A DNA stretch of 63,574 bases, the filler included, from Candidatus Eiseniibacteriota bacterium (GTDB taxonomy: Bacteria; Orphanbacterota; Orphanbacteria; Orphanbacterales; Orphanbacteraceae), in the NCBI GenBank assembly GCA_043809585.1. It is 5 parts of 5 records of this genome, joined end to end, with 100 filler letters (N's around TTAATTAATTAA, not from the genome) between each part and the next. Parts side by side here need not be neighbours in the genome. Positions count along the whole stretch, not along the records: positions 15,287 to 34,154 come from JBDROZ010000005.1; 4 more parts are not named here. One strand, given 5' to 3'. Of the stretch, positions 19,050 to 28,057 are shown piece by piece. The position numbers and the translations under genes were made by a program. Below the pieces are notes generated by a model. That model was not told the origin of the DNA. It worked only from the letters and a program-made list of their open reading frames with translations, and did not search any database. Within the stretch, counting starts at the first letter, position 1. Each line of letters begins with the position of its first letter.

Positions 19050-20297
19050 GTGGCCCCACGCCCGCCCGACAGGGTGACCGGATTCGCCTGCCTCGGCTGC
19101 GGCAGGGAGTTCCCGCCGGAAACGGACGCGATGATCTGCGACGCCTGCGAAGCGAACCTGGACGTCCGGTACGACTACGACAAGATCGGCTCCCGGATCG
19201 ATCGGGACCGGATCGGCGCCTCCCGGGAGCGCTCCCTCTGGCGATACCGGGAACTGCTCCCCCTGCACGAATCGAGCGGGCCCCCTCCGCTCCCGGTGGG
19301 GGGGACGGCGCTGCTTCGGGGGGGGCGCCTCGCGGAGGAACTCGGCCTCCCCCGTCTCTACCTGAAGGACGACACGACGAATCCGACGGCTTCCTTCAAG
19401 GACCGGGCGAGCCTCGTCGTCGCCCTCCGGGCGAAAGAGATCGGCGTGAAGACCATTTCGTGCGCCTCCACGGGGAACGCCGCCTCCTCCCTCGCCGGCA
19501 TCGCCGCCCCCCTCGATCTCCGGAGCGTCATCTTCGTCCCCGAAGGGGCCCCGGCGCCGAAAATGACCCAGATGCTCACCTATGGGGCGCGGGTCTTCCG
19601 GGTGCGCGGGACCTACGACGATGCTTTCGACGTCTGCGCCGCCGCGACCGATCGCTTCGGCTGGTATTCCCGATCGACCGGCTACAATCCGTACACCGCC
19701 GAAGGGAAGAAGACCGCCGCCTTCGAAATCGCCGAATCCCTCGGCTGGGAAGCGCCCGACTGGGTGCTCGTCCCCACCGGCGACGGGAACATCGCCGGAG
19801 GGGTGGGGAAAGGCTTCCTCGAAATGGCGCGGCTCGGGTGGATCGAACGGGCGCCTCGGATCGTCCTGGTCCAGGCGGCGGGGGCGGCCTCTCTCACCGC
19901 CGCCTTCGAGAGGGGGGACGACCGCATCGAGGCGGTTCATCCCGTCACCGTGGCCGACTCGATCTCGGTCGGTTCTCCGCGGGACAGCCGGCGGGCCCTC
20001 CGTGTCGTCCGGAAGACCGGCGGGACGGCGGTCGCCGTGACCGACGAGGCGATTCTCCGGGCCGTCGGCGTTCTCGCCCGATCCACGGGCCTCTTCGCCG
20101 AACCCTCCGCCGCCGCTTCCCTCGCCGGACTTTGGGCTTTACTCGAGAAAAAGACTATAAACCCATGGGATCGAGTGGTTTTGATGATTACGGGACATGG
20201 CCTCAAAGACACGGCCACCGCCTCCCGACTCGTGGAGGAGCCGCCGGTGATCGATCCCGATCTCGCCTCCGTCGAGAGGCTCCTGGAGCCCCGGTGA
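19050..20297 (+). CDS. Threonine-synthase-like PLP enzyme (fold type II)
   Basis: N-terminal CxxC..CxxC, NPTASFKDR, ASTGNA, PTGDG, AEPSAA, ITGHGLKD. Confidence 0.85.
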   Translation: MAPRPPDRVTGFACLGCGREFPPETDAMICDACEANLDVRYDYDKIGSRIDRDRIGASRERSLWRYRELLPLHESSGPPPLPVGGTALLRGGRLAEELGLPRLYLKDDTTNPTASFKDRASLVVALRAKEIGVKTISCASTGNAASSLAGIAAPLDLRSVIFVPEGAPAPKMTQMLTYGARVFRVRGTYDDAFDVCAAATDRFGWYSRSTGYNPYTAEGKKTAAFEIAESLGWEAPDWVLVPTGDGNIAGGVGKGFLEMARLGWIERAPRIVLVQAAGAASLTAAFERGDDRIEAVHPVTVADSISVGSPRDSRRALRVVRKTGGTAVAVTDEAILRAVGVLARSTGLFAEPSAAASLAGLWALLEKKTINPWDRVVLMITGHGLKDTATASRLVEEPPVIDPDLASVERLLEPR

Positions 20298-20304
20298 GAG
20301 GCCG

Positions 20305-21114
20305 ATGAAGGTCCTCATTCTCGGCGCCGGCGAGATCGCCTCCGGTACGGCCCTCCGCCTCCACGCCTGCGGCTTCGAGCTCTTGATGACCGAGAAGGAG
20401 AAGCCCCTCGCCGTCCGGCGGACGGTCTCGTTCTGCGAGGCGGTTCAGGGGGGCGAGACCGCCGTGGAGGGGGTCGTCGCCCGCCGCGTGCGGGACCTCG
20501 TCGAGGCGGAGGAGGAGCGCCGGGCGGGCTCCATCCCGGTCTTGGTCGACCCGGACGGCCGGGAGGCCCTCTCCTGGGGCGTGGACGCCCTCGTGGACGG
20601 CCGGATGATGAAGAGAAACCACGGGCTCGGCCTCTCGAGCGCCCCCCGCGTCATCGGCCTCGGTCCCGGCTTCACGGCCGGCGTGGACTGTCACTTCGTC
20701 GTGGAAACCGCCCGGGGCCACGATCTGGGGCGGGTGCTCGCCGACGGATCCGGCCGGCCGGACACGGGAGTGCCCGGCCCGCTCGGCGGGGAGTCGATGC
20801 GAAGGGTCGTCCGCGCCCCCGGAAAGGGCGTCTTCACTTCGGACCGCCGAATCGGGGAGCCGGTCCGGGCGGGAGAGGAGGTCGGCCGGGTCGGCGGCGA
20901 ACCGGTGCGCGCCGCGATCAGCGGCACACTCCGGGGCCAGATCCGCCCGGGCACGCCGGTGGATGGGGGGATGAAGATCGGCGACATCGACCCCCGGCCC
21001 GGCGTGAATCCCCTGCTCACCTCCGACAAGGCGAGGGCCGTGGCGGGAGGGGTCCTCGAGGCGCTGCTCCGGGGGAATCCGCGGGAAGAGCCGCCGCAAG
21101 TGAAGCCCCGATAA
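20305..21114 (+). CDS. yqeB: Selenium-dependent molybdenum hydroxylase system protein, YqeB family
   Basis: GAGEIASG, VRRTVSF, IGLGPGFTAG, ETARGHDLG, KIGDIDPR, SDKARAVAGGVLEA. Confidence 0.88.
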   Translation: MKVLILGAGEIASGTALRLHACGFELLMTEKEKPLAVRRTVSFCEAVQGGETAVEGVVARRVRDLVEAEEERRAGSIPVLVDPDGREALSWGVDALVDGRMMKRNHGLGLSSAPRVIGLGPGFTAGVDCHFVVETARGHDLGRVLADGSGRPDTGVPGPLGGESMRRVVRAPGKGVFTSDRRIGEPVRAGEEVGRVGGEPVRAAISGTLRGQIRPGTPVDGGMKIGDIDPRPGVNPLLTSDKARAVAGGVLEALLRGNPREEPPQVKPR

Positions 21115-21372
21115 TGAAAAAAATGCTTGATCAATGAGGATCCGGTGTGATATTCTACGTTTGTCTAATAGCAAAGGTCGTCGCGCGCCCTACCCCCATG
21201 GGGTCAAGTCTCCCGCTTGGTGCGAGTGCCTCGTAAGTTATTGGCATTCGGTTGAATGCGTACGTTTTTGTGTTTTCAGGAGGGCAGATGCCGAATCGGG
21301 AAGAACTTGGAGTCTTCCCGTAGATTTGGGAATGGAGCCACCCTAAACCTCTCGAAGAGGAGGACAGAGAAA

Positions 21373-21996
21373 ATGAAGTTGTTACTGGTCATCAGTACCG
21401 CCCTGCTCGTGGCGACGGCGGCGTTCGCCGGCACGTCCTCGTACGGCTGGGAAGACGGCACCGGCACGATCCTGGGGTTCTTCGGGAACGTCGGGACCGC
21501 CGCGAACGTCACCAGCCCCGTCTACGCCGGGGGCCACTCGCTCTACCTGCAGGAAGCACCGATCGGCGGCACGCCGCAGGCGTACGTCGCCTACATCGAG
21601 GGATGCCTGGATGGCGACATCATCGACGCCGACTTCTGGTGCTATGATGTGACCGAGGGCGGCTTCCCGTCCGGCCGGATCTGGGCCCACTTCGGCTACG
21701 ATGGCGATGTCAACGCCTACGGCGGAAGCGCCGGTGGAAACGGCACCTACTCCGACGGCCTCGGCTGGTCGGATCTCGCCTGGAGCTGGACCTTCGTCAC
21801 CGAAGACCCCACATACGGGACTCGGACCGCCATGATCATCGAAGCCCGGATCTACTCCGCCGACGGCCTCGACGACATGAATGTCGACCAGATCACGGTC
21901 ACCGCGCCGGATCACTGCACCGTGACCTTCCCGGGCCAGGATCCGACCTCCACGGAAGCGACCACCTGGGGCAGCGTCAAGAGCCTCTTCCGGTAG
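21373..21996 (+). CDS. Secreted Gly/Thr/Asp-rich protein with C-terminal WGxVK tail
   Basis: RBS GAGGAGG; signal MKLLLVISTALLVATAAFA; ends TSTEATTWGSVKSLFR. Confidence 0.85.
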   Translation: MKLLLVISTALLVATAAFAGTSSYGWEDGTGTILGFFGNVGTAANVTSPVYAGGHSLYLQEAPIGGTPQAYVAYIEGCLDGDIIDADFWCYDVTEGGFPSGRIWAHFGYDGDVNAYGGSAGGNGTYSDGLGWSDLAWSWTFVTEDPTYGTRTAMIIEARIYSADGLDDMNVDQITVTAPDHCTVTFPGQDPTSTEATTWGSVKSLFR

Positions 21997-22017
21997 TTTC
22001 CGCACCAGTTCGTTATC

Positions 22018-22053
22018 GAAGACGGGCCTCCCCTCGCGGGGGGCCCGTTCTTC
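22018..22053. terminator. Hairpin between convergent genes (probable terminator)
   Basis: GAAGACGGGCCTCCC-CTCGC-GGGGGGCCCGTTCTTC. Confidence 0.55.
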
Positions 22054-22145
22054 ATCGGGGTAATGTCCCACCCACAGGACGCGGAAGACCACCTCCGCGC
22101 GGCTCAGAAGGCCAGGCCGAGGGGACATTACTTCTGCGATCGTCA

Positions 22146-24029
22146 CTAGCGCGCGCCATCCCCGCTCCGGAGGGCCTTCATCCGCGCGACGAGGGGATGG
22201 GCCCCGTCGACCTTCTCGGCCCGCCGGAAGTACCGTTCCGCCTCCTCCGCCCTGCCCGTCTCTCGGGCCGCGGTGAACCCGAGCCAGAGCCCCCGGATGT
22301 CATCCGGTCTCCGCTGCGAGTAGACCGCGATCGCCTCCCGCGCCCTCTCCCAATCGCCCGCCTCCGTTCTCCCGACGGCGACGAACCAGAGGAGCTCCGT
22401 CTCTTCCGGATGGAGGCTCCATCCCCGCTCGGCGAGGTCCCGGATGGCGGCCCGGTCCCGCTCCCCTCCGAGCGCCGCACGGGCCCGGATCAGGCTGATG
22501 AAAGCCGCGGCGGGCGGCGTCTGCTCGGCGGCCACGAGGGACGAGAGGATCTCGGCGGCTCCCGCGGGATCCCCGCCGTCGAGCATGTCCTGGGCCCGGG
22601 TCAGTTCCGCGAAGGGGCGGGTCGAGGCGCGGACGCCGAGGGGATCGGCGGAGAGGAGCAGGGTCAGGAGGAAGCCCCCGCCGACGAGGAGGAATGCCCG
22701 GCCGAAACGGCGGCTCCGGAGATCGCCCGCCAGGGCGTCGAAGGTCGCGGCGGCCCCCACGGCCAGGAAGGGGACAAGGGGGACCCGGTATCGGCCGGTC
22801 ACGAAGAAGGCGACGATCGTCAGGGCGTAGACGGCGACGAAAAGACGGAGGAAGGCCCGGAGGCGGCGGCGGAGTTCCGCCGGTGTCCCGCCGGCGGGCA
22901 GGAAGAGGGAGACCAGAAAGGTCCCGAGAAGAAGGGCGAAGCCGACGGGGGAGGCGCGGAGAGTGACGTATTCCCCCCGGCGCGCCTCGTAGGGCTCGTT
23001 GTTCGGCAGCTCCACGTTGCCCACGAGGGCGAGCCCCTTCCTCCCGGTCAGCCGGAGCCAACGGCCCGGCTCGTCGCGAATGAAACGAAAGGCCTCCCGA
23101 AACCAGTAGGCCGAGACCTCCGACGCCTTCAGCGGCCGCCCCTCCGACTCTTCGGCGATCCGCTCGGTGTCTTCGAAGCCCCCCCACCAGGTCGACCGGG
23201 TCCCCGGGACCACCGCCTCCATCCCGTTCGAACGGGGGTTGTTCCCGATGTAGAAATTGACTCCCCCCTGAGAGGCGACGACGACCCAGTCGCCACCGAC
23301 GATTCCGTTCCGCGCCGTCACCGCCGCCGGGGGGAGGAGAAAGGCGCCGGCGAAAAGAGGGACGAAGAGCCGGCGGGGGCACCGGGCGGCGGGGGCCGTC
23401 CGGACGAGCCAGAAGAGGGCGACGGGGAAGAAGACGAGGATGTTCGGCCGGGTAATCGCGAAGAGACCGAACGCGAGTCCCGCGGCGGCCGCGAGGATCA
23501 GATTCCTCCGTTCGAGCGCGAGAAAGAGGAGAAGGGTCCCGGCGAGGGAGAGGAAAACGAGCAGCACGGGAAGAAGCAGCTCCCCGTCGAAGTAGGCGAG
23601 CACCCAGGAGAGCGCCGACAGGAGGCCGGCGATCCGGCCCGCCCTTCTCCCGTATGCCTTCGTCGCCACCGCCGCCGCGAGGGAGGCGGAGAGAGCTCCC
23701 ATCACGAGCTGGAGGGCCCGGGCCGCCGTGACGTCGCCGCCGGTGGCCCGGAGAAGAAGGGCGAGGAACCGGGGGTAGAGGGGAGCCCGGAAGTAGGGTC
23801 CCTCGCGAAGCCGGTCGAAGGGGGAGGACCAGACGCCCGAGTTCAGCCCCTCCGCCCAGCGCAGGTGAATTTCCTGGTCCATGTAGAAGAGGCCGAAGTC
23901 GGGCTTCGACGACGCCTCGTGCAAGTAGGCGAGCCGGAAGGCGAGGGCGAGGGCGAAGATGATCGCGAGGTCCCGGAGGCGGATCCGGTGCGCTCCGGAC
24001 CGGCCCGGGTCGCTGGTTTTCCCGACCAT
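22146..24029 (-). CDS. GT-C/family-39-like (ArnT/PMT) membrane glycosyltransferase with C-terminal TPR region
   Basis: Multi-TM; YFRAPLYPRFLA, TRPN, QGGVNFYIGNNP, RYRVPL; helical TPR-like tail. Confidence 0.8.
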   Translation of the reverse strand: MVGKTSDPGRSGAHRIRLRDLAIIFALALAFRLAYLHEASSKPDFGLFYMDQEIHLRWAEGLNSGVWSSPFDRLREGPYFRAPLYPRFLALLLRATGGDVTAARALQLVMGALSASLAAAVATKAYGRRAGRIAGLLSALSWVLAYFDGELLLPVLLVFLSLAGTLLLFLALERRNLILAAAAGLAFGLFAITRPNILVFFPVALFWLVRTAPAARCPRRLFVPLFAGAFLLPPAAVTARNGIVGGDWVVVASQGGVNFYIGNNPRSNGMEAVVPGTRSTWWGGFEDTERIAEESEGRPLKASEVSAYWFREAFRFIRDEPGRWLRLTGRKGLALVGNVELPNNEPYEARRGEYVTLRASPVGFALLLGTFLVSLFLPAGGTPAELRRRLRAFLRLFVAVYALTIVAFFVTGRYRVPLVPFLAVGAAATFDALAGDLRSRRFGRAFLLVGGGFLLTLLLSADPLGVRASTRPFAELTRAQDMLDGGDPAGAAEILSSLVAAEQTPPAAAFISLIRARAALGGERDRAAIRDLAERGWSLHPEETELLWFVAVGRTEAGDWERAREAIAVYSQRRPDDIRGLWLGFTAARETGRAEEAERYFRRAEKVDGAHPLVARMKALRSGDGAR

Positions 24030-24067
24030 GGGCCGATCGTAGCACGAACGGGAGGGCGCCGCGTCCT

Positions 24068-24544
24068 CTACGAGGGGGGGCGGACGCCGCGGGGCTTTTC
24101 GTCTTTCCCGGCGAGCGGGAGGGCGGCCGGCACTTTCGCGCCGGGCGAGAAGCACGGGCGGATCGGCGGCAGGTCGGCCGGGGGCCGGACGTCGAGACGG
24201 ATCAAGGTCCCCTCCGGATCGTGCTCGATCGAGGCGATCCGGTAACGCCCATGGTCACCCCCCGGGTCTTCCCCCCGGTAGCAGGAGAGGGCGGCGCGGA
24301 GGGCGTCCCACTCGAGGAAGACGAAGAACCTGTCCTCCTCGTCTGTCGGGGCCGTCGCGGCGAGGGCCTCGTCGAAAGAGAGGGCGAGGAGGTCTTCGAC
24401 GGGGCGCCCGGCGCAGAACGGCTCGAGCCCGGTGCCTCCCCCGATCTCTTTCGAACAGGTGATCTTCCGGTAACGGTACCCGATGAGCCTCTCCTCGCCG
24501 TCCACGAGGACCTCGATTCGGGATGTGCTGTCGTCACAGGGCAT
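24068..24544 (-). CDS. Hypothetical protein
   Basis: RBS GGAGG before ATG; globular composition with several Cys. Confidence 0.65.
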   Translation of the reverse strand: MPCDDSTSRIEVLVDGEERLIGYRYRKITCSKEIGGGTGLEPFCAGRPVEDLLALSFDEALAATAPTDEEDRFFVFLEWDALRAALSCYRGEDPGGDHGRYRIASIEHDPEGTLIRLDVRPPADLPPIRPCFSPGAKVPAALPLAGKDEKPRGVRPPS

Positions 24545-24575
24545 GGCCGCCTCCGGGTGCGAAGAGGGTGGAGTC

Positions 24576-24660
24576 CGACTGTCGGGCGGCGGATCAGCCG
24601 CGGGGACTGGAGAAAGCGCAGCTTTCGCAGGGCCGTGTCGGCTGCATCCGCTTGATGGAC
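24576..24660 (-). other. Degenerate attC-like site
   Basis: Minus strand GTCCATC-AAGCG-GATGCAGCCG..CGGCTGATCCGC..GACAGTC: paired arms with one extra base; R boxes deviate from AAC/GTT. Confidence 0.4.
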
Positions 24661-24798
24661 GGCGCGAAGCGCCCGCTCCGTCTCTTGATTATAAGCGCCG
24701 GGGCGAATCGCGCAACGCCCGCTCCCGGCCCGGCCTCGAGACGCCCTCCGAAGCGGCCACTTCGCCCGGGCCCCCCGTGCCGGAACGGGGCTTTTCGT

Positions 24799-24827
24799 TT
24801 GACCGGACGGTCGACCTCGCGGATACT
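24799..24827 (+). promoter_or_regulatory. Putative promoter of the nucleoside operon
   Basis: TTGACC-17 nt-GATACT. Confidence 0.4.
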
Positions 24828-24854
24828 GAGTTTTTCGGAAACGGGAGCGTGTCC

Positions 24855-26183
24855 TTGCGCATGGTCGACCTGATCGAGAGGAAGAAGAGAGGGGGCGGGC
24901 TCACGCTGGGAGAGATCCGCGGCTGGGTCGCCGGGATCACCGACGGTTCGATCCCCGACTACCAAACCGCCGCCCTGCTCATGGCGATCCGATTCCGCGG
25001 CCTCGGTGGGGACGAGACGTTCGCCCTCACCGGCGAGATGCTCCGCTCCGGAGAGCTGCTCGATCTCGGCCGACTCGGCGGCCCGACGGCCGACAAGCAC
25101 TCCACCGGCGGGGTCGGAGACAAGCTCTCCTTCATCGTCGGCCCCCTCGCCGCGGCCTGCGGCGTCCGGGTCCCGATGCTCTCGGGGCGGGCCCTCGGCC
25201 ATACGGGCGGGACCCTCGACAAGCTCGAGTCGATCCCCGGCTACCGCACGCGACTTCCGACCGCCGAGTTTCTCGATGTGGTGGAACGGGTCGGCATCTC
25301 CATCGTCGGCCAGACCGATCGCCTCGCCCCCGCGGACGGAAAACTGTATGCCCTCCGCGACGTGACGGGCACCGTCGATTCGGTCCCCCTGATCGTCTCG
25401 AGCATTCTCTCGAAGAAGCTGGCCGCCGGCCCCGAATCGCTCGTATTCGACGTGAAGTCGGGGGACGGCGCGATCCTGGAGGAGCCCGAACGGGTCCGGG
25501 AGCTCGCGGATCTGCTCGTCTCCGTGGCGACCCGGATGGGGAGGCGGGCGTCGGCGCTCCTCACGGACATGTCCGTTCCCCTCGGCCGGACCGTGGGCAA
25601 CGCCCTCGAGATCGGGGAGTCGATCGAAGCCTTGCGGGGCGGGGGGGAGGCCGATATGATGGAGATCAGCCTGGCCCTCGCCGCCGAGATGCTTCTTCTC
25701 TCCGGTGTGGCATCCTCGGGCGAGGAGGCGAGGTCCCGGCTCGGGGACGCCCTCTCCTCCGGGAGAGCGCTCGAGGTCTTCCGGCGCATGATCGAGGCCC
25801 ACGGCGGCGACCCGGCGGTCGTCGACGACCCGGGCCGTCTCCCCCGGGCGACGATCGTCCGGGAGGTCCCGGCCCCGGTGGCAGGGACGGTCCTCGCCGC
25901 GCGGGCGAAGGAGATCGGACTCACCGCCATGAGTCTCGGCGCGGGCCGCGAGAAGGTGGAGGACCGGATCGATCCGGGGGCGGGCATCGAACTCCGGAAG
26001 AGACCGGGTGATACCGTCTCCCGGGGGGAGCCGCTCGCGTTGCTCCACGGGAACCACGAGTCGCCGATGGAGAGCGCGGCGGCTCGGGTGGCCGCGGCGT
26101 TCCGGATCGGACCGGGGGCGCCCCCCGTCCGGGATCTCGTGATCGATCGCATCCGCGCGACATCGAACGAAACAGGAGGATAA
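24855..26183 (+). CDS. pdp: Pyrimidine-nucleoside/thymidine phosphorylase
   Basis: [56 protein letters not shown]. Confidence 0.93.
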   Translation: MRMVDLIERKKRGGGLTLGEIRGWVAGITDGSIPDYQTAALLMAIRFRGLGGDETFALTGEMLRSGELLDLGRLGGPTADKHSTGGVGDKLSFIVGPLAAACGVRVPMLSGRALGHTGGTLDKLESIPGYRTRLPTAEFLDVVERVGISIVGQTDRLAPADGKLYALRDVTGTVDSVPLIVSSILSKKLAAGPESLVFDVKSGDGAILEEPERVRELADLLVSVATRMGRRASALLTDMSVPLGRTVGNALEIGESIEALRGGGEADMMEISLALAAEMLLLSGVASSGEEARSRLGDALSSGRALEVFRRMIEAHGGDPAVVDDPGRLPRATIVREVPAPVAGTVLAARAKEIGLTAMSLGAGREKVEDRIDPGAGIELRKRPGDTVSRGEPLALLHGNHESPMESAAARVAAAFRIGPGAPPVRDLVIDRIRATSNETGG

Positions 26184-26185
26184 GC

Positions 26186-26758
26186 ATGGCCGAGGCGCCT
26201 GTCCGGGGCCGCCTGCAGGAGCAGGAGGTGGAGGTCTACATCTCGGAGGAGAGGATCCGGAAGATGGTCGCCGAACTCGGTGCCCGGATCACGGAGGACT
26301 ACGAAGGCCGGGATCTCTTCGTGGTCGCCGTCCTCCGGGGCGCGATCTTCTTCGCCGTCGATCTGGTCCGTCACATCGACCTTCCCCTGGTGCTCGATTT
26401 CGTGCAGATCTCCAGCTACGGCGACGGGACCGAGTCGGACGGCCGGGCGAAGATCACCCGGGAGCTGGACCTCTCCATCAAGGGAAAGGACGTCCTCGTG
26501 GTGGAAGACATCGTCGACACCCGGCACACGCTCTTCAATCTTCTCAGCTTCCTCCAGTCGAAGTTCCCCCGGAGCGTGAAGGTCTGCACCCTGCTCGACA
26601 AGCGGGAACGGATGGAGAAGGAGATCCCCCTGGACTACGTGGGTTTCTCCATCGAGAACAAGTTCGTCGTCGGCTACGGCCTCGACTACGGCCAGCGGTA
26701 CCGGAACCTCCCGTACGTCGGCGTGATCCGGCAGGAGGACGGCGAGGTGCTCACATGA
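26186..26758 (+). CDS. hpt: Hypoxanthine phosphoribosyltransferase
   Basis: [38 protein letters not shown]. Confidence 0.95.
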   Translation: MAEAPVRGRLQEQEVEVYISEERIRKMVAELGARITEDYEGRDLFVVAVLRGAIFFAVDLVRHIDLPLVLDFVQISSYGDGTESDGRAKITRELDLSIKGKDVLVVEDIVDTRHTLFNLLSFLQSKFPRSVKVCTLLDKRERMEKEIPLDYVGFSIENKFVVGYGLDYGQRYRNLPYVGVIRQEDGEVLT

Positions 26759-27618
26759 GCGAAGAGGCGGCCATCGATCGCATCGTCGATCGGGTCCTCG
26801 CGAGGCTCCGGGAGCGAGGGGAGGGAGAGGCGAACCTGGACGGGCGCTCGTGCGTGGTCTGCGCCACGCCCGGGAGCTGCGTCACCCTCTGCCCCCGGAC
26901 GACCGCTTCGATCTTCCGGGAAGGGGCCGACCGCCTCAGCCAGGCGCCGCCGGGCAAGGGCGATGTGCCCCGGGACATCGCGCGGATGATCGACCACACC
27001 ATTCTGAGAGCCGACGCCACCCGCGGCGAAGTCGACAAGCTCCTGGAGGAGGCGAAGCGGCACCGGTTCGCTTCGGTCTGCATCAACCCCTGCTGGGTGA
27101 AGCACTGCCGGGACGCCCTCTACGGCACGGACGTGAAGGTCTGCACCGTGGTCGGCTTTCCCCTCGGCGCGAACGCGACGGAGACGAAGGCCTTCGAGGC
27201 GCGCCGGGCCTGCTACGACGGGGCCGAGGAGATCGACATGGTGATCAACGTGGGCGCCCTGAAATCGGGCGACCCGGTCCTCGTGGAGCGGGACATCCGG
27301 GCGGTCGTGGAGTCCGCCGGCCCCCGGAGGGCGGTGAAGGTGATCCTCGAAAACGCCTACCTGACCCGGGAGGAGAAGATCGCCGGATGCCGGGCGTCGC
27401 TCCGGGCGAAGGCGGGCTACGTGAAGACCTCCACCGGGTTCGGCCCGACGGGGGCGACCGTCGAGGACGTCCGTCTCATGCGCGAAGCGGTCGGCCCGCG
27501 CATGGGCGTCAAGGCGGCGGGGGGCATCCGCACACGGGGCGACGCGGAAGAGATGATCCGGGCGGGCGCGACCCGCGTCGGGGCGAGCGCCTCCGTGGCG
27601 ATCGTGAAAGGGGAATGA
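26755..27618 (+). CDS. deoC: Deoxyribose-phosphate aldolase with N-terminal extension
   Basis: [40 protein letters not shown]; about 70 extra N-terminal residues. Confidence 0.95.
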   Translation: MSEEAAIDRIVDRVLARLRERGEGEANLDGRSCVVCATPGSCVTLCPRTTASIFREGADRLSQAPPGKGDVPRDIARMIDHTILRADATRGEVDKLLEEAKRHRFASVCINPCWVKHCRDALYGTDVKVCTVVGFPLGANATETKAFEARRACYDGAEEIDMVINVGALKSGDPVLVERDIRAVVESAGPRRAVKVILENAYLTREEKIAGCRASLRAKAGYVKTSTGFGPTGATVEDVRLMREAVGPRMGVKAAGGIRTRGDAEEMIRAGATRVGASASVAIVKGE

Positions 27619-27621
27619 TCC

Positions 27622-28050
27622 ATGATTCGACGCGCCCTTCTTCCGCTTCTCCTCGCCGCCCTTTTCGCGGGCTGCCAGGACGAGAACCCGCTCGACGAGA
27701 CATTCACCTTCACCGGCTTGTGGGAGACGGCGGCCCTCGAGGGGTCCTCGCTTCTCCTCGAGTTCGAGCAGCGGGGGGACCTGCTCGCCGGCAACATTTA
27801 CCTCCAGGACGCCACGGGGGAGATCGGCGACCCGATCCCCATCCGGGAGGGCGCGGTTCGGGGCGAGTCCGTCCTCTTCACCTACGACTTCCGCGGCGAA
27901 ACCGTGGACGGGATCCCGGTGGACACGGTCTACTTCCGGGGGAGCCGCCGCTCCGGCGTCCTCGTCGACATGGCCCGAACCGCCTGCTGGGCCGACACGA
28001 ACTGCACCGAGATCTCCTTCACGGTCACCCGCCGGCCGGCCGGATTCTGA
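27622..28050 (+). CDS. Lipoprotein, hypothetical
   Basis: Lipobox LFAGC after a hydrophobic stretch. Confidence 0.7.
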   Translation: MIRRALLPLLLAALFAGCQDENPLDETFTFTGLWETAALEGSSLLLEFEQRGDLLAGNIYLQDATGEIGDPIPIREGAVRGESVLFTYDFRGETVDGIPVDTVYFRGSRRSGVLVDMARTACWADTNCTEISFTVTRRPAGF

Positions 28051-28057
28051 GATCGCG

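Noticed and set aside
15494-21114. Selenocysteine recoding in the selenium-linked cluster
   Set aside because: All five ORFs read through their expected motifs without an internal TGA
21241-21256. Sigma54 promoter (TGGCA..TTGA)
   Set aside because: Spacing is one base short and the -12 GC is absent
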